Assembly: GCA_963801355.1 (NCBI GenBank)
Contig: CAWDEM010000004.1
Coordinates: 1,376,001 to 1,440,000, forward strand
From: Ignavibacteriota bacterium
GTDB lineage: Bacteria; Bacteroidota; Ignavibacteria; UBA10030; UBA6906
Direction of reading: 5' to 3'
DNA length: 64,000 nucleotides
Shown here: in pieces, positions 42,319 through 52,965 of the stretch
Layout of the letters: the number at the start of each line of letters is the position of its first letter
Position numbering within the stretch: the first letter of the stretch is position 1
Translations under genes and position numbers: made by a program
The notes under the pieces: generated by a model
What the model was told of the DNA's origin: nothing
The model's input: the letters and a program-made list of their open reading frames with translations, nothing else
The model's database searches: none

Positions 42319-43629
42319 ATGGCATTGGAGTACAGGTTTCCCTACAAAACAATCAAGGGTATTGACAGGATATGTATTCCTGACGGAACGGATGTCAGGA
42401 TATACAAGGTGAGATCCCTGCCGGGTGTGCAGAAGGACGTGCGTGACATCGTGCGCGAGGCTTTGCTGCACCCGATCGGACTTCCTCCGCTTCCCGCACT
42501 CCTGAAGCCGCACAATTCGGTCCTGCTTGTCGTCGATGATATGTCCCGCCCCACACCTGCCCTTGATGTTCTGGGTAGCGTGCTGGAAGACATTCGCCAT
42601 GCGGGTGTGCGAAAGCCGCAGGTGCGCATCCTGATTGCCCTGGGAACCCACCGGTTCATGACAGAACAGGAAATCGAGGACCGGTTCGGGAAAGCCATTG
42701 CACAGGGCTATGAGATCAGGAATCACGAATGGAACAACCCGTCTGCATTGCATGAATATGGCACGCTTGAGGATGGAACCCATGTCGTGCTCAACAAGGC
42801 TATGCACGAATCGGATGTCGTGATAGGCATCGGATCCATCGCTCCGCATCCTGCAGCAGGGTTCTCAGGTGGGGGGAAGATCATTGCTCCAGGTGTTGCG
42901 ACCGACGAAGCGGTGGGGGAATTTCACTGGAAGAGTGTACAACACCCTCAACACGCCGTGCTCGGGGTCCGCGACAACCCGATGCGGGAGAACATCGACG
43001 CAATTGCCAGGATGGGCGGCCTGACGTACATCGTCAACGTCATCATGGATGGAAGCAATCGGGTTGTGGATGCAGTCTGCGGGGATCCCGTTGAGGCGCA
43101 CAGGGCAGGTGCTGCCCGCTCACTCGAGATCTTCGGCGTGCAGATCGACGATCCGCAGGATGCGAACATATTCATCATCGACACCCATCCCCTGGACCAG
43201 GATCTGTGGCAGGGCGTGAAGGCGCTCTGTGCCCTCGAATGCATCATTCCCGACCATGCACTGGGAATAGTCGTCAGCCCCCTCCTGGAAGGTATCTGCC
43301 GGGCTCATCCGGAAGTCCTCCGCTATGGATTTCAACCCATGGAAAAGGTTCGCGCGTTGGTAGAATCCGGGCAGGTGTCGAAGGTCGTCGGGCACAATCT
43401 GGTGCAGGGGGGAAGGCTTATTGCACGGACAACCTGCTACCTGGCCTCTCCGGGAATCAGTGAGGATGAAGCGAACAGAATGGGATTCCGCTATTTTTCC
43501 ACAGCCCAGCACGCCCTGGACGCAGCGATTGAGGTCAAGGGGAGAGAGGCAAGGATTCTGATTCTGGGGATGGGTGGGGAAATCGCGCCCTTTACTGCCG
43601 CCCCGGGATCTGCGCGCAACTACGGATGA
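42319..43629 (+). CDS. larA: LarA-family nickel-pincer 2-hydroxyacid racemase/epimerase
   Basis: DDMSRPTP, ALGTHR, PHPAAGFSGGGK, EFH, WQGVK. Confidence 0.88.
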   Translation: MALEYRFPYKTIKGIDRICIPDGTDVRIYKVRSLPGVQKDVRDIVREALLHPIGLPPLPALLKPHNSVLLVVDDMSRPTPALDVLGSVLEDIRHAGVRKPQVRILIALGTHRFMTEQEIEDRFGKAIAQGYEIRNHEWNNPSALHEYGTLEDGTHVVLNKAMHESDVVIGIGSIAPHPAAGFSGGGKIIAPGVATDEAVGEFHWKSVQHPQHAVLGVRDNPMRENIDAIARMGGLTYIVNVIMDGSNRVVDAVCGDPVEAHRAGAARSLEIFGVQIDDPQDANIFIIDTHPLDQDLWQGVKALCALECIIPDHALGIVVSPLLEGICRAHPEVLRYGFQPMEKVRALVESGQVSKVVGHNLVQGGRLIARTTCYLASPGISEDEANRMGFRYFSTAQHALDAAIEVKGREARILILGMGGEIAPFTAAPGSARNYG

Positions 43630-44332
43630 AATCCGGGGAGGTCGCGGTATACCCGAGGAACGCTTCGACGTGCCGGATGACATTATGCGTGATCGCCTGG
43701 TCTCCGATCGTGTCGTGATATTCCATCGCCGCAGTGCAATCGCGCAGCAAAATAACACGGTAGTTGCGGTACAGCGCATCGGTCAGCGTCGCCTGCACGC
43801 ACGCATTCGCGGCAAATCCCACCGCCACCAGGTTCTTGATCCCCAGGTTTCTCAGCAGGCTCTCCAGGCACGTCTCAAAAAAGCCGCTGTACATCTGCTT
43901 GCGCACGATGTATTCTCCCGGCCGGGGTTCAATCAGCTTGCTGAACCGGAACTCGACCGGATCGGTTTCCCAGCGTTCTTCTACGGTCAGACCGTGCGTG
44001 CGGACAAGAAGGGAGCCGAATGCACTGTGTTGCGCAGCCACCATCTGGTTGGCGTTGTTGACATAGATGACCGGCAACCCAATCCGGCGGGAAGCCTCCA
44101 GGGCCGGTTTGATGCAATTGATCATCACCCGCCGCTCCACTTCAGTTGAACCTGCGTAGAACAGCGCCGGCCGCCCGGGCTCTGGTTCTCCCTGACTGTA
44201 GCCCAGTCCGTACACGTCGATCAGCATGAATGCGGTTTGGCCGGGAGGCAGACTGAGCATCTCCTTGGCATGGCCGAGGTATGCATCAGGCGGATACATG
44301 CGATAATAGCGGCCGGGAATCTGCAGGTCCAT
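43592..44332 (-). CDS. Isochorismatase-like cysteine hydrolase
   Basis: D-K-C triad in LIDV, RKQMYSGF and ANACV. Confidence 0.87.
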   Translation of the reverse strand: MDLQIPGRYYRMYPPDAYLGHAKEMLSLPPGQTAFMLIDVYGLGYSQGEPEPGRPALFYAGSTEVERRVMINCIKPALEASRRIGLPVIYVNNANQMVAAQHSAFGSLLVRTHGLTVEERWETDPVEFRFSKLIEPRPGEYIVRKQMYSGFFETCLESLLRNLGIKNLVAVGFAANACVQATLTDALYRNYRVILLRDCTAAMEYHDTIGDQAITHNVIRHVEAFLGYTATSPDFIRSCAQIPGRQ

Positions 44333-44340
44333 GGCGGTCC

Positions 44341-46758
44341 TTATTTCTTGTATTCAAAATCCATTTGTGCGTCGAGTGTATTTTCCCCCACCCCATCGAT
44401 CCGGTACCGTGTGGCGCCCGTGATCCCCGCGTAGTCAATGCGCCCGTCGGCAGCGCTGAACACGCCGTACGTGAAGTCGCCTTCGATCGTGTCCATGAAT
44501 TTCCGGTACGTGCCGTCAGATACAATGACGATGTCTTCCCGGTTCTTTGTTCTGACCTTGTATCCGATCGCGGCTGTATCCTTCAGTGCCATCCTCTCCA
44601 CCGACACATCTGCAGGATCGCAAGAGGCCTGTGACGCAAACGGGTAGATCAGAGTCGCCATTCTGTTGACACGGCGATCGCCGGCAAGCACCTTGCGGAA
44701 AATCAGCCAGTCGATTTCCCGGTTGCCAGGCTCGCCGCGCAGGCCGGTCAGATCGGCGCCACCCCTGCTCAGGACCCTTTGTGTTGCATGTGCATCCTGG
44801 TGGTCCTGCTTGATCAGGAATCCGTTGTCCTGTATCGACATATACCCGTCCTCGGTTTCTTTCATCGAACAGGGAGTGTGCAAATTGAATTCCATTTCCT
44901 GTCCGCTCCCGGTTGTGCGTACTTCATCGATGACCAACCAGTATCTGGCTTTGGAATACACGATGTGTCGGCGGTGGTGAGCCTTCTGATAGCGGACATA
45001 GCCGTCGTGCGTTGCCGCGAAGAAGATGCTCTGTTTCAGGACTGACCAGTGCTTGTCATAGCCGGGTTTGTCCATCTTTTCCGGCACGGCCCGGTTTATG
45101 GTGACCATGTTGTGTGACAACGGATGCTTGTACCAGCTGACCTGGAGTGTGTCCAGGTATCCGAGAGGTCCCAAACCCGCATCAAGTGCGATGGGAACGC
45201 CGTTGGCATAGATCTCGAAATCCAGCTGGTCGAAGTGACAATGATTCTGCCAGTCGCCGTAATTGACTATCATATAATACGACCGCGGGTCCCACGAATC
45301 GCGCATGACCGCAAACCGCGAGTCCGGGAAGTCGATGGATGTCGTCGTGGGTGCCGTCACGGGCACAGACATGGAGGCAATGGCTTCCGGAGAGAATTCA
45401 TGTTTGACCGCTCCAATGAAATCCCCGCGGTTGAAGAACTCTCCCATCTCCTTGAAAAGAGGCAACAGGTTCTTGCCTCTGCGTGCGTCGTTAAATGCCG
45501 GATTGACACCGACCGGCGTATTCGTGAGCACAAAGAACTCCATGTTCTTTTCAAGTCTGCTCAGGTATTGCGTGCGCAAGGATGGATCGTCCTTGAAATA
45601 CTGCAGCATCAGCATATAGCGGTAGTACACGGAAAACATGTAGGACGCATAGCTGCTGGTCCGCTCCACATAGCCGCCGTCATCCAGGATATCGTTTTCC
45701 AGATGAAGGACCATGTTCTTCCTGCCGCGGTCCAGCCATGCTCCAGACTCTTTGAACTCCGGGAAGACGGCTGCCGCGTAGGACAGAGTCAGGGCTGAAT
45801 GTGTTTGCCAGTTATACGGGTGAAACGGGGTGCGCTGCACACACTGGTCAAGCCACCGGGTCGAACCCAGTATGATCTTCAGCAGCCGTTTGTTGGTCTC
45901 GGGCGAAAGGTGCGGGGCAAAGACTCTCTGGGCATTGATGAGTCTCTCATTCCTGTTGGCGAGTCCCAGTTCATACCAGATGAAGTCGTACGATCTGATC
46001 ATGTGGATGACCTGTTCGTTCTTCACACTGTCCAGCTGATCGTACCACTGATTGAAGACGACTTCAAATGCCTTCGGTGTGGCCGGGTCTCGCGTCAGAA
46101 GATAGTAATTGATCTGGTCGTCGATGAATTGGAGATAATGGACGCCATATTTTGAGACGTGGGGATAGTGATGATTGAAATCGATACGTTTGCCCCAATG
46201 GACGCCATGAAGCGTGTATCCTTGCTCAGGCGTGTAGAATGATTGTGCTGAACGCACTATGGTATTGTAACGTGCACTGTCGGCGAGGGCCTCTCGCCTG
46301 AATTCATCGATGGTGATGAAGTACTTCTTGTTCTGCGCATCGTATGCCGACAACCGGTTATTGTCTTGCCGGGATGTGAAGTACCTATGCAAAAGCGCGG
46401 ATATGCGGCCAGGATTCTTTGCCTTCAAGGCTGCCCGAAGAGCCGGCCCGAGTGTCTCGATGTGGAGCGACTGTACGAGCTCTTCGTCGCTGATATATCG
46501 GATCTTGTGGAGAAAATAGTCCTTGTCGATGAGGACGTCATGCCACTCGGAAAGGGTCAATTTCAGGTCGATCGCGGAGCGGTCTCTGTTCTCGACTTCC
46601 TGCCTGCAGAGCGGGCAATACCACTTGTCTCCGACCTGGTACACGACCGACTGAAGGGTGATGATAGGACCGGAAGGGTCCTGGTCCGCCGGTCGAGCGA
46701 TTGACGTACAGCATGACATGCAGAACACGAGCCCCAGAAGCGTTTTCAGTTTCGTCAT
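44341..46758 (-). CDS. Exported heparinase II/III-family polysaccharide lyase
   Basis: Signal peptide, NWQ, DGGYVE..SY, HCHFDQLDFEIYANG, SHNMV, HDGY. Confidence 0.8.
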   Translation of the reverse strand: MTKLKTLLGLVFCMSCCTSIARPADQDPSGPIITLQSVVYQVGDKWYCPLCRQEVENRDRSAIDLKLTLSEWHDVLIDKDYFLHKIRYISDEELVQSLHIETLGPALRAALKAKNPGRISALLHRYFTSRQDNNRLSAYDAQNKKYFITIDEFRREALADSARYNTIVRSAQSFYTPEQGYTLHGVHWGKRIDFNHHYPHVSKYGVHYLQFIDDQINYYLLTRDPATPKAFEVVFNQWYDQLDSVKNEQVIHMIRSYDFIWYELGLANRNERLINAQRVFAPHLSPETNKRLLKIILGSTRWLDQCVQRTPFHPYNWQTHSALTLSYAAAVFPEFKESGAWLDRGRKNMVLHLENDILDDGGYVERTSSYASYMFSVYYRYMLMLQYFKDDPSLRTQYLSRLEKNMEFFVLTNTPVGVNPAFNDARRGKNLLPLFKEMGEFFNRGDFIGAVKHEFSPEAIASMSVPVTAPTTTSIDFPDSRFAVMRDSWDPRSYYMIVNYGDWQNHCHFDQLDFEIYANGVPIALDAGLGPLGYLDTLQVSWYKHPLSHNMVTINRAVPEKMDKPGYDKHWSVLKQSIFFAATHDGYVRYQKAHHRRHIVYSKARYWLVIDEVRTTGSGQEMEFNLHTPCSMKETEDGYMSIQDNGFLIKQDHQDAHATQRVLSRGGADLTGLRGEPGNREIDWLIFRKVLAGDRRVNRMATLIYPFASQASCDPADVSVERMALKDTAAIGYKVRTKNREDIVIVSDGTYRKFMDTIEGDFTYGVFSAADGRIDYAGITGATRYRIDGVGENTLDAQMDFEYKK

Positions 46759-46950
46759 CGGAGATGCCCCGGTGTCCGTCAGAAGAAGCGTGCGATTTGG
46801 AAAAGGTTGTACCATCAATATACGAATTGAATTCGTTCCAATTGACTTCACCGCGTCAATTCCGTACTTTTCTTTGGATGAAGCTCTCCTTCACGCCGCT
46901 CACCCATCATCACGCCGGGATATCATGTCTGTAGCACAGGAGAACATCAG

Positions 46951-48053
46951 GTGGAGACGAACACGCTGAAAGTGGCCATTGTTGGTCTTGGCCATCTGCA
47001 TCCAAGAGGGTACATGGCGCTGTTCGAACAATGCCCGAAGACCGAAGTCGTTGCTGCGTTTGACAAAGAAAAGGCATTGGTCGGCGCTTTTTGTGGGGAT
47101 TTCGGAATCCGGGGCTATACGGATCTTCATGAACTCCTTGCGCGGGAGCAGGTGGATATCGTCGCCATGTTCCTGCCGCACAGCGAATCCGCCGATGCGG
47201 CGATTACGTGCGCTGACAAAGGAATCCATTTGTTGATGGAAAAACCCATCGCCAGAAATGTTGAGGATGTCAGGCGTGTCGCCGAAGCAGTCAGGAGAAA
47301 CAATGTCAAGATTACCACCGGCTATTGCTGGCGGTATCATCCGGTTATCAGGGCAATGAAGGACTTCATCGAGCAGGGGGTTATCGGCAAGATTGTTTCT
47401 GTGGAAGCACGATTGGCCGCAGGCAAGGTGGACAGGTATATCAGGGGAAATGCGGGATGGATGCTCGAAAAGGCCAAATCCGGCGGCGGGCCGATGTACA
47501 ATCTGGGCGTCCACTGGATTGATCTGCTATGTCACGTGCTCGGAGACAACATCGAGCAGGTCTGTGCGGTCAACACCAAAACCTCAACGGCATACGACGT
47601 CGAAGACTCCTCGGTCGCATTGCTGCAGTTTGGCAAAGGCACCGTCGGTGTACTTTCGACCAGCTATATTGTGCCGGATTGCTTTCCGAACGGCAGAGAC
47701 CTGTACATGGGAATCAAGGGGACAAAGGGGGTGCTGAGCTATGCCCCGAGGTATGAGGGCGAACAAGGTTCCGGCAGATGCGCGGTCAGACGGATATCCT
47801 GGAACTCTACAGCGACAGTGAAAATGTCGCCGGCTCGTCTGCTAGGAAATTCGTGTTTGACCTGGACAAGGTAAGCGGCTATTCCGGCTACATGGGAAAG
47901 GCGTACATTGACGATTTCGCAGACGCCATTCTCGAAGACAGGGAACCCTCCATCACTATACGCCAGGCCATTGATGTGCTCCATGTGGTGGAAGCGATCT
48001 ACAAATCAGACCAGAGCAGGAGTTGGGTGAATGTACAGAAAGAAGTGCCCTGA
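46951..48053 (+). pseudogene. Gfo/Idh/MocA oxidoreductase split by a frameshift near 47765-47785 (pseudogene or sequence error)
   Basis: N-terminal part (EKPIA, GGPMYNLGVHWID) is in ORF 46951..47874; the typical C-terminus (DFADAILEDREP..AIYKS) is in ORF 47778..48053. Confidence 0.75.
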
Positions 48054-48152
48054 CCGGGGAAGACGATCTCAGTCCACATGAACGAGAAATCGTACAGAAC
48101 GCGTGGATTGGCAGATGGGGTCTTGCTCTTACTGTAGAAAAGGGAATTACCG

Positions 48153-49469
48153 ATGGGCGATATACGTAAAGTGACACTAATACCGGGCCCGCAGAGCAAA
48201 GAGCTCATCACAGAGTGGCACACCTATGAAGCCGATGTGGTGGGTTATCAGGCCCAGATTGTCTGGAAGTCTGCGAAGGGGTGCGTGGTCAATGATGTTG
48301 ACGGCAACAGCTACCTTGACTGGACTTCAGGAGTTCTGGTCACCAACGTCGGTCATTGCCATCCTCATCTGGTGGATGCGATCACCAGGGCATCCCGGGA
48401 TTTGCTGAACAACTATGAATGCGCCAACACCTACCGCATAGAGGCTGCCAAAAGGCTCGTATCAGCCCTGCCAAAGCATCTGGACAAGTGTTTCTTCCTG
48501 AGCACAGGGGCTGAGGCAATAGAAGGTGCATTGCGGTTAATGAAGAGACGGAGCGGCAAGTTCGAAATACTCAGCTTTGAAGGCGGGTTCCACGGCCGGA
48601 CGCCCGGTGCTGCTGCAGTGGGCGGAATGGCCGGACCGAAACGTCAGTACGGTCCTACGGTGCCGGGTATTATCCGCGCGATCTATCCAAATCCCTACAG
48701 GGATGAACTGGGTTTGTGTGATGAGCGATCGGGGTTCAAGAAGTACTTCACCTATCTTGACCATGTTGTCATGGCAAACTCGACGGGGTCTCTCGCAGGA
48801 ATCATCGCGGAGCCCTATCAGGGAGCCGGCGGGTTCATCTTTCCACCCAGGGGCTGGCTCAAGAAACTGTTCGAGTGGGGGAAAGTGAACGGTCTGCTCT
48901 TCACACTGGATGAGGTCCAGTCTTCGTACGGCAGGACGGGCAAGATGTGGGCAATGGAGCATGAAGATGTTCAGCCTGACATCGTCGTTCTTGGCAAAGG
49001 AATCGGCAGTGGTGTGGCGGTCTCTGCAGTGTGTTCGACCACAGATGTTTTTTCGTGTCTCAAGAAGGGTGAAATGAGCAGTACCTATGGGGGTAATCCG
49101 ATTGCGAATGCTGCGGTGATCGCGGTGCTCGAAATCTTTGAAGAAGAGAACCTCGTAGAACATTCCGCCCGCCTGGGTGAGTACATCAAGAAGGGCCTGA
49201 AACAGATCGCCGACAAATGCAAGTATGTAGGCGATGTCCGGGGCAGCGGACTTGTCATGGGGATTGAGTTTGTAAAGGACAAGCTGACCAAAGAGCCCGC
49301 TCCCGGGCTCATACGGCCCATCATCGACAAATGTGCGGAAAACGGCCTGCTGGTCGGTTCTGTCGGAATGTACGGCAATGTCATACGGGTCGCTCCGCCT
49401 CTGGTTATCACACAACAGCAGGCCGACGAGAGTCTTGCTGCGATGGAGAGAGTGCTCATGAGTCTGTAG
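48153..49469 (+). CDS. Class III PLP aminotransferase (GABA-AT-like)
   Basis: FHGRT, EPYQGAGG, DEVQSSYGRTG, LGKGIGSG, RVAPPL. Confidence 0.9.
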   Translation: MGDIRKVTLIPGPQSKELITEWHTYEADVVGYQAQIVWKSAKGCVVNDVDGNSYLDWTSGVLVTNVGHCHPHLVDAITRASRDLLNNYECANTYRIEAAKRLVSALPKHLDKCFFLSTGAEAIEGALRLMKRRSGKFEILSFEGGFHGRTPGAAAVGGMAGPKRQYGPTVPGIIRAIYPNPYRDELGLCDERSGFKKYFTYLDHVVMANSTGSLAGIIAEPYQGAGGFIFPPRGWLKKLFEWGKVNGLLFTLDEVQSSYGRTGKMWAMEHEDVQPDIVVLGKGIGSGVAVSAVCSTTDVFSCLKKGEMSSTYGGNPIANAAVIAVLEIFEEENLVEHSARLGEYIKKGLKQIADKCKYVGDVRGSGLVMGIEFVKDKLTKEPAPGLIRPIIDKCAENGLLVGSVGMYGNVIRVAPPLVITQQQADESLAAMERVLMSL

Positions 49470-49554
49470 TTGTAGGTACACGAATGACTCGACCGACAAA
49501 GTGTGAGAAACAGCATACGTGGCTCCTCCCGACATTGTGACTGGGACAAATTCC

Positions 49555-50622
49555 ATGGAAGCGACTATTGGGTTTGGTATTATCGGTGCCGGGCTGATCG
49601 CCCCATTTCACTTGCATGCAATCAGAGATTCCCGGGGCGGTAAGGCCATCGGTGTTTTTGATGTCGCCCGGGAGAGAGCCTCACAGGTCGCGGAGAAGTT
49701 TGGCGTTAAGGCCTACTCGTCACTGGGGCAGATGCTCGACGACAGGAGTGTGGATGTCGTCTGTGTGGCAACTCCCAATCACCTGCATACAGATGTCGTT
49801 ATTCAGGCCGCACATGCAGGCAAGCATGTTCTCACGGAAAAACCGCCAGCCATGAGCCTGAAAGAAACGGATGAGATGATCGATGTATGCAAGAGGGCAA
49901 ATGTCAAATTCGGCTGTTTTGTTCAGTGCAGAGTCAGGAAGGCCGTGCAGGCCATCAAGTCAGCGGCGGATTCCGGCAGATTTGGAAAACTCCTTCACGC
50001 GGATGCGTATATGAAGTGGTTCAGACCGCAGGAGTACTACACGTCCGACGGATGGCGTGGTCAGCAAAGGAGCGGCAGCGGCGTGACCGTAGCCCAGGGG
50101 TTTCACTATATTGACCTGGTGCAGTATTTTGCGGGTCAGGCCAGGTCAGTTGATGCCAGAATGACGAACATCGGTCATCCGGGGATCAATCTTGAAGATG
50201 AAACACTGGCGCGCATACAGTTCATGTGCGGGGCGGAGGGTGTTGTTCAGCTTTCAACGGCTCTCTGGCCGGGGATGGATATCAGGATTGAAATGCATGG
50301 TACCGATGGGACTGCAGTAATGGTCGGCGAAAAGATTCAGACATGGATATTCAAAGACGAGCGACCTGAAGATGAACACATACGGGCGCTCGGCAATTCG
50401 TCACAGGCCACGGGTGCGGGCGGAGCCGCAGACATCGGCCACAGAGATCATATGGTCGTCGTGCAGGACATGATAGATTGCATCGGGTCAGACAGGGACG
50501 TCGTTATTCCTGTGGCATCCGTGAGACCTACTCTGGAAATTGTCCTGGCAATGTACCGCTCCGCAAAGCAGGGCAGAGTTGTCTCCCTGCCGGTTTCCGA
50601 TGATGATACTCTCTGGAGCTGA
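49555..50622 (+). CDS. Gfo/Idh/MocA oxidoreductase
   Basis: IIGAGLI, ATPNHLH, GKHVLTEKP, QGFHYID. Confidence 0.9.
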   Translation: MEATIGFGIIGAGLIAPFHLHAIRDSRGGKAIGVFDVARERASQVAEKFGVKAYSSLGQMLDDRSVDVVCVATPNHLHTDVVIQAAHAGKHVLTEKPPAMSLKETDEMIDVCKRANVKFGCFVQCRVRKAVQAIKSAADSGRFGKLLHADAYMKWFRPQEYYTSDGWRGQQRSGSGVTVAQGFHYIDLVQYFAGQARSVDARMTNIGHPGINLEDETLARIQFMCGAEGVVQLSTALWPGMDIRIEMHGTDGTAVMVGEKIQTWIFKDERPEDEHIRALGNSSQATGAGGAADIGHRDHMVVVQDMIDCIGSDRDVVIPVASVRPTLEIVLAMYRSAKQGRVVSLPVSDDDTLWS

Positions 50623-50641
50623 TCAGCAACTGCCCCCGCTG

Positions 50642-51688
50642 CTATTGATTGAAGAGAAACATCCCCTTCAACGCTTTCCTCGCCAGAAGTGCATCAAAGA
50701 ACTCCTGCCACTGTTCGATTGAACCCGTATGACTCAAGAGCCTGTCGGAATGAATCAGACCGGCGTTCAGGAAACGGATCGCCCGGTCCCATGACTCGTA
50801 TCTCGTCGAGACATTGAACTGATACCGCACGGACTTCATCATGAATGCGTCATAGGGGAATTCGATGCCCGGTTTCCCCGTCAATCCGATCGCCGTGACC
50901 ACCCCCAGTTTCCTAATGATGAGTGCTCCGGTCTGCATTGCAGCGCGTGCGCCGGAGGCTTCGATGAACAGATCAACCCCGCGTCCGGACGTGACGTCAT
51001 GCACCAGCTTTACCAGGTCCTCTTTCTGAACGTTGACGACGTGGTCGATTGCGGGAAGGGAGCGGCAGAGGCGCAACCGTGTTTCCTCATCGTCATCGAC
51101 GCCAAAGATGATCACGGTGGATGCGCCCGCATATTTGGCGACGAGGGCTGCCATGATGCCGATGGGACCGGGTCCTGCGACAGCCACGACATCGCCGGCC
51201 ATGACCGTCTGCGGAAGAATAACGTCCGTAACCACGTTTGCCAGAGGTTCAGTCAGGGCGGCTGCCGGAAATCCGAGAGTATCCGGTATGCGGTGTAAAA
51301 GGCCCGGTTCCGGCCATCGCATCAGCGGGGCAAACGCCCCATCAATTCCCCAGCCGGGGGAGCGTTTGTGGGGGCATATCTGGCGATTCCCCGTCCTGCA
51401 CAGGGCACAGACCCCGCAGGCCATCGTGTGGGGCTCGCCGACCACCCTGTCACCAACCGCCCACCCCCCGACATTCCGGCCGACCGCGGCGATCGTCCCG
51501 CTGAATTCGTGTCCGAGTATCACCGGGGGGTAGTAGGGGAACTCGTCGTTGTAGATATGCAGATCCGTGCCACAGATGCCGCAGGCCTTCACATCAATCA
51601 GGACTTCAGCATCGCCGATTGACGGGGCCGGAACATCCTTGAGCTCGATGAACCCCTTCCCCTTCTTGGTCTTGACAAGTGCACGCAT
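50642..51688 (-). CDS. Zn-dependent MDR dehydrogenase (sorbitol/iditol-like)
   Basis: CGICGTD, GHEFSG, CGVCALC..C, GPGPIG. Confidence 0.9.
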   Translation of the reverse strand: MRALVKTKKGKGFIELKDVPAPSIGDAEVLIDVKACGICGTDLHIYNDEFPYYPPVILGHEFSGTIAAVGRNVGGWAVGDRVVGEPHTMACGVCALCRTGNRQICPHKRSPGWGIDGAFAPLMRWPEPGLLHRIPDTLGFPAAALTEPLANVVTDVILPQTVMAGDVVAVAGPGPIGIMAALVAKYAGASTVIIFGVDDDEETRLRLCRSLPAIDHVVNVQKEDLVKLVHDVTSGRGVDLFIEASGARAAMQTGALIIRKLGVVTAIGLTGKPGIEFPYDAFMMKSVRYQFNVSTRYESWDRAIRFLNAGLIHSDRLLSHTGSIEQWQEFFDALLARKALKGMFLFNQ

Positions 51689-51698
51689 CGATTCTCCG

Positions 51699-52961
51699 TT
51701 ACGTCGTTGAAAAATCGCACCACCGTTCCAGGAACCTCAGGAGGATATTGGCCGTCTCTTTGATTTCCGCCACGGCAATCTGTTCTTCGTTCGCGTGGGC
51801 GTATTTGAGACTGCCAGCGCCCATGACCACCGTGGGAATGCCCATGAGGGAATACCGCCACGCATCGCATGCCGCGGTCATTGCCGAGATCTCCATCGGG
51901 GTGCCCGCGTCGCGTGCGGCAGCCATCAACTCCTGCACAAGGGGATGATCCGTAGGCACCTGGTTCCCCTCGTTGTTCAACATGTTAAACAAAATCTCGA
52001 AATGTTCGCGAAGATACTGATGGGGAGAATTTCTGATCGCACCGATCATCTCCTGCTGCACGGTTTTGACATTGGTGTTCGGAAGGAAACCGAAGACCCC
52101 TTTTATCGAGGCGGTCCCTGGGACGGTGGCGGGCCAGTCGCCGGCGTGCAGCATGCCGAACGTCACCGGCATCGGATTCTCGTACGCGTCGAACAACGGG
52201 TTGAACCCTCGGGACCCGGCAAGAAGCCTGTCGTGGTACTGTTCGAGAATGCCCATCGCTTTGACTGCCTCTTTCAGCGCACTGACCACATCCGATGCAC
52301 GTCCGCTGTGTCCGGGCTTCCCGCGGCAAATCACCTCAAACCATACGGCGCCGCGCACAGCCGCATAGATCTTCCGCTCTGAAGCTTCCAGAACGATCGC
52401 ACCGTCGGCATGAACCGGCCGGCGCGTCATGAACAGCGTGCCGTTTCCGCCGTTTTCCTCTTCGACGACGATATCCGCTGTCACGGTTCCGCGCGGCCTC
52501 AGGTGCAGCTTCTTCAGCGTCGAAAGGAGAAGATGGATGACGGCAATCTGCCCCTTGTCATCGCACGCTCCTCGTCCGTAGACGATTCCCCCTCGGACGT
52601 TCGGCTGGAATGCGTTGTCCTGGTTCTTCGAAGGCGGGACCACGTCCGCATGTGCGTTGAGGATCAAACTGCGGGATGTCTCAGGCGACGTGCCGGCAAC
52701 TGTGAGACGCAGGTTCTGTGTATTCTCGTATGTGAGGCCGGGGAGAGGCCAACTGTACAGGGGGTCATCTTTGAACGACTCGGGTATCTGCATCAGCTCG
52801 GCGTCCGTGCAGAGGTCCTTCATTCGCTCGGCCACCAGTCTGTTCACCGGACCCTCATTCCCGCGGATCGAAGGGATTCTGATCAGATCACAGAGAAACT
52901 CGGTCGTTTCCCCGGCGAGCGATTCGATTGTTTCGCTGACGATGTGTTCTTCGAGCGGCAT
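51699..52961 (-). CDS. ArgE/DapE-family M20 deacylase
   Basis: NAHADVV, GRGACDDKG, VEEENGG, AHANEE. Confidence 0.88.
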   Translation of the reverse strand: MPLEEHIVSETIESLAGETTEFLCDLIRIPSIRGNEGPVNRLVAERMKDLCTDAELMQIPESFKDDPLYSWPLPGLTYENTQNLRLTVAGTSPETSRSLILNAHADVVPPSKNQDNAFQPNVRGGIVYGRGACDDKGQIAVIHLLLSTLKKLHLRPRGTVTADIVVEEENGGNGTLFMTRRPVHADGAIVLEASERKIYAAVRGAVWFEVICRGKPGHSGRASDVVSALKEAVKAMGILEQYHDRLLAGSRGFNPLFDAYENPMPVTFGMLHAGDWPATVPGTASIKGVFGFLPNTNVKTVQQEMIGAIRNSPHQYLREHFEILFNMLNNEGNQVPTDHPLVQELMAAARDAGTPMEISAMTAACDAWRYSLMGIPTVVMGAGSLKYAHANEEQIAVAEIKETANILLRFLERWCDFSTT

Positions 52962-52965
52962 TACT

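Noticed and set aside
47760-47790. Programmed ribosomal frameshift
   Set aside because: No slippery heptamer, and I know of no precedent in this family.
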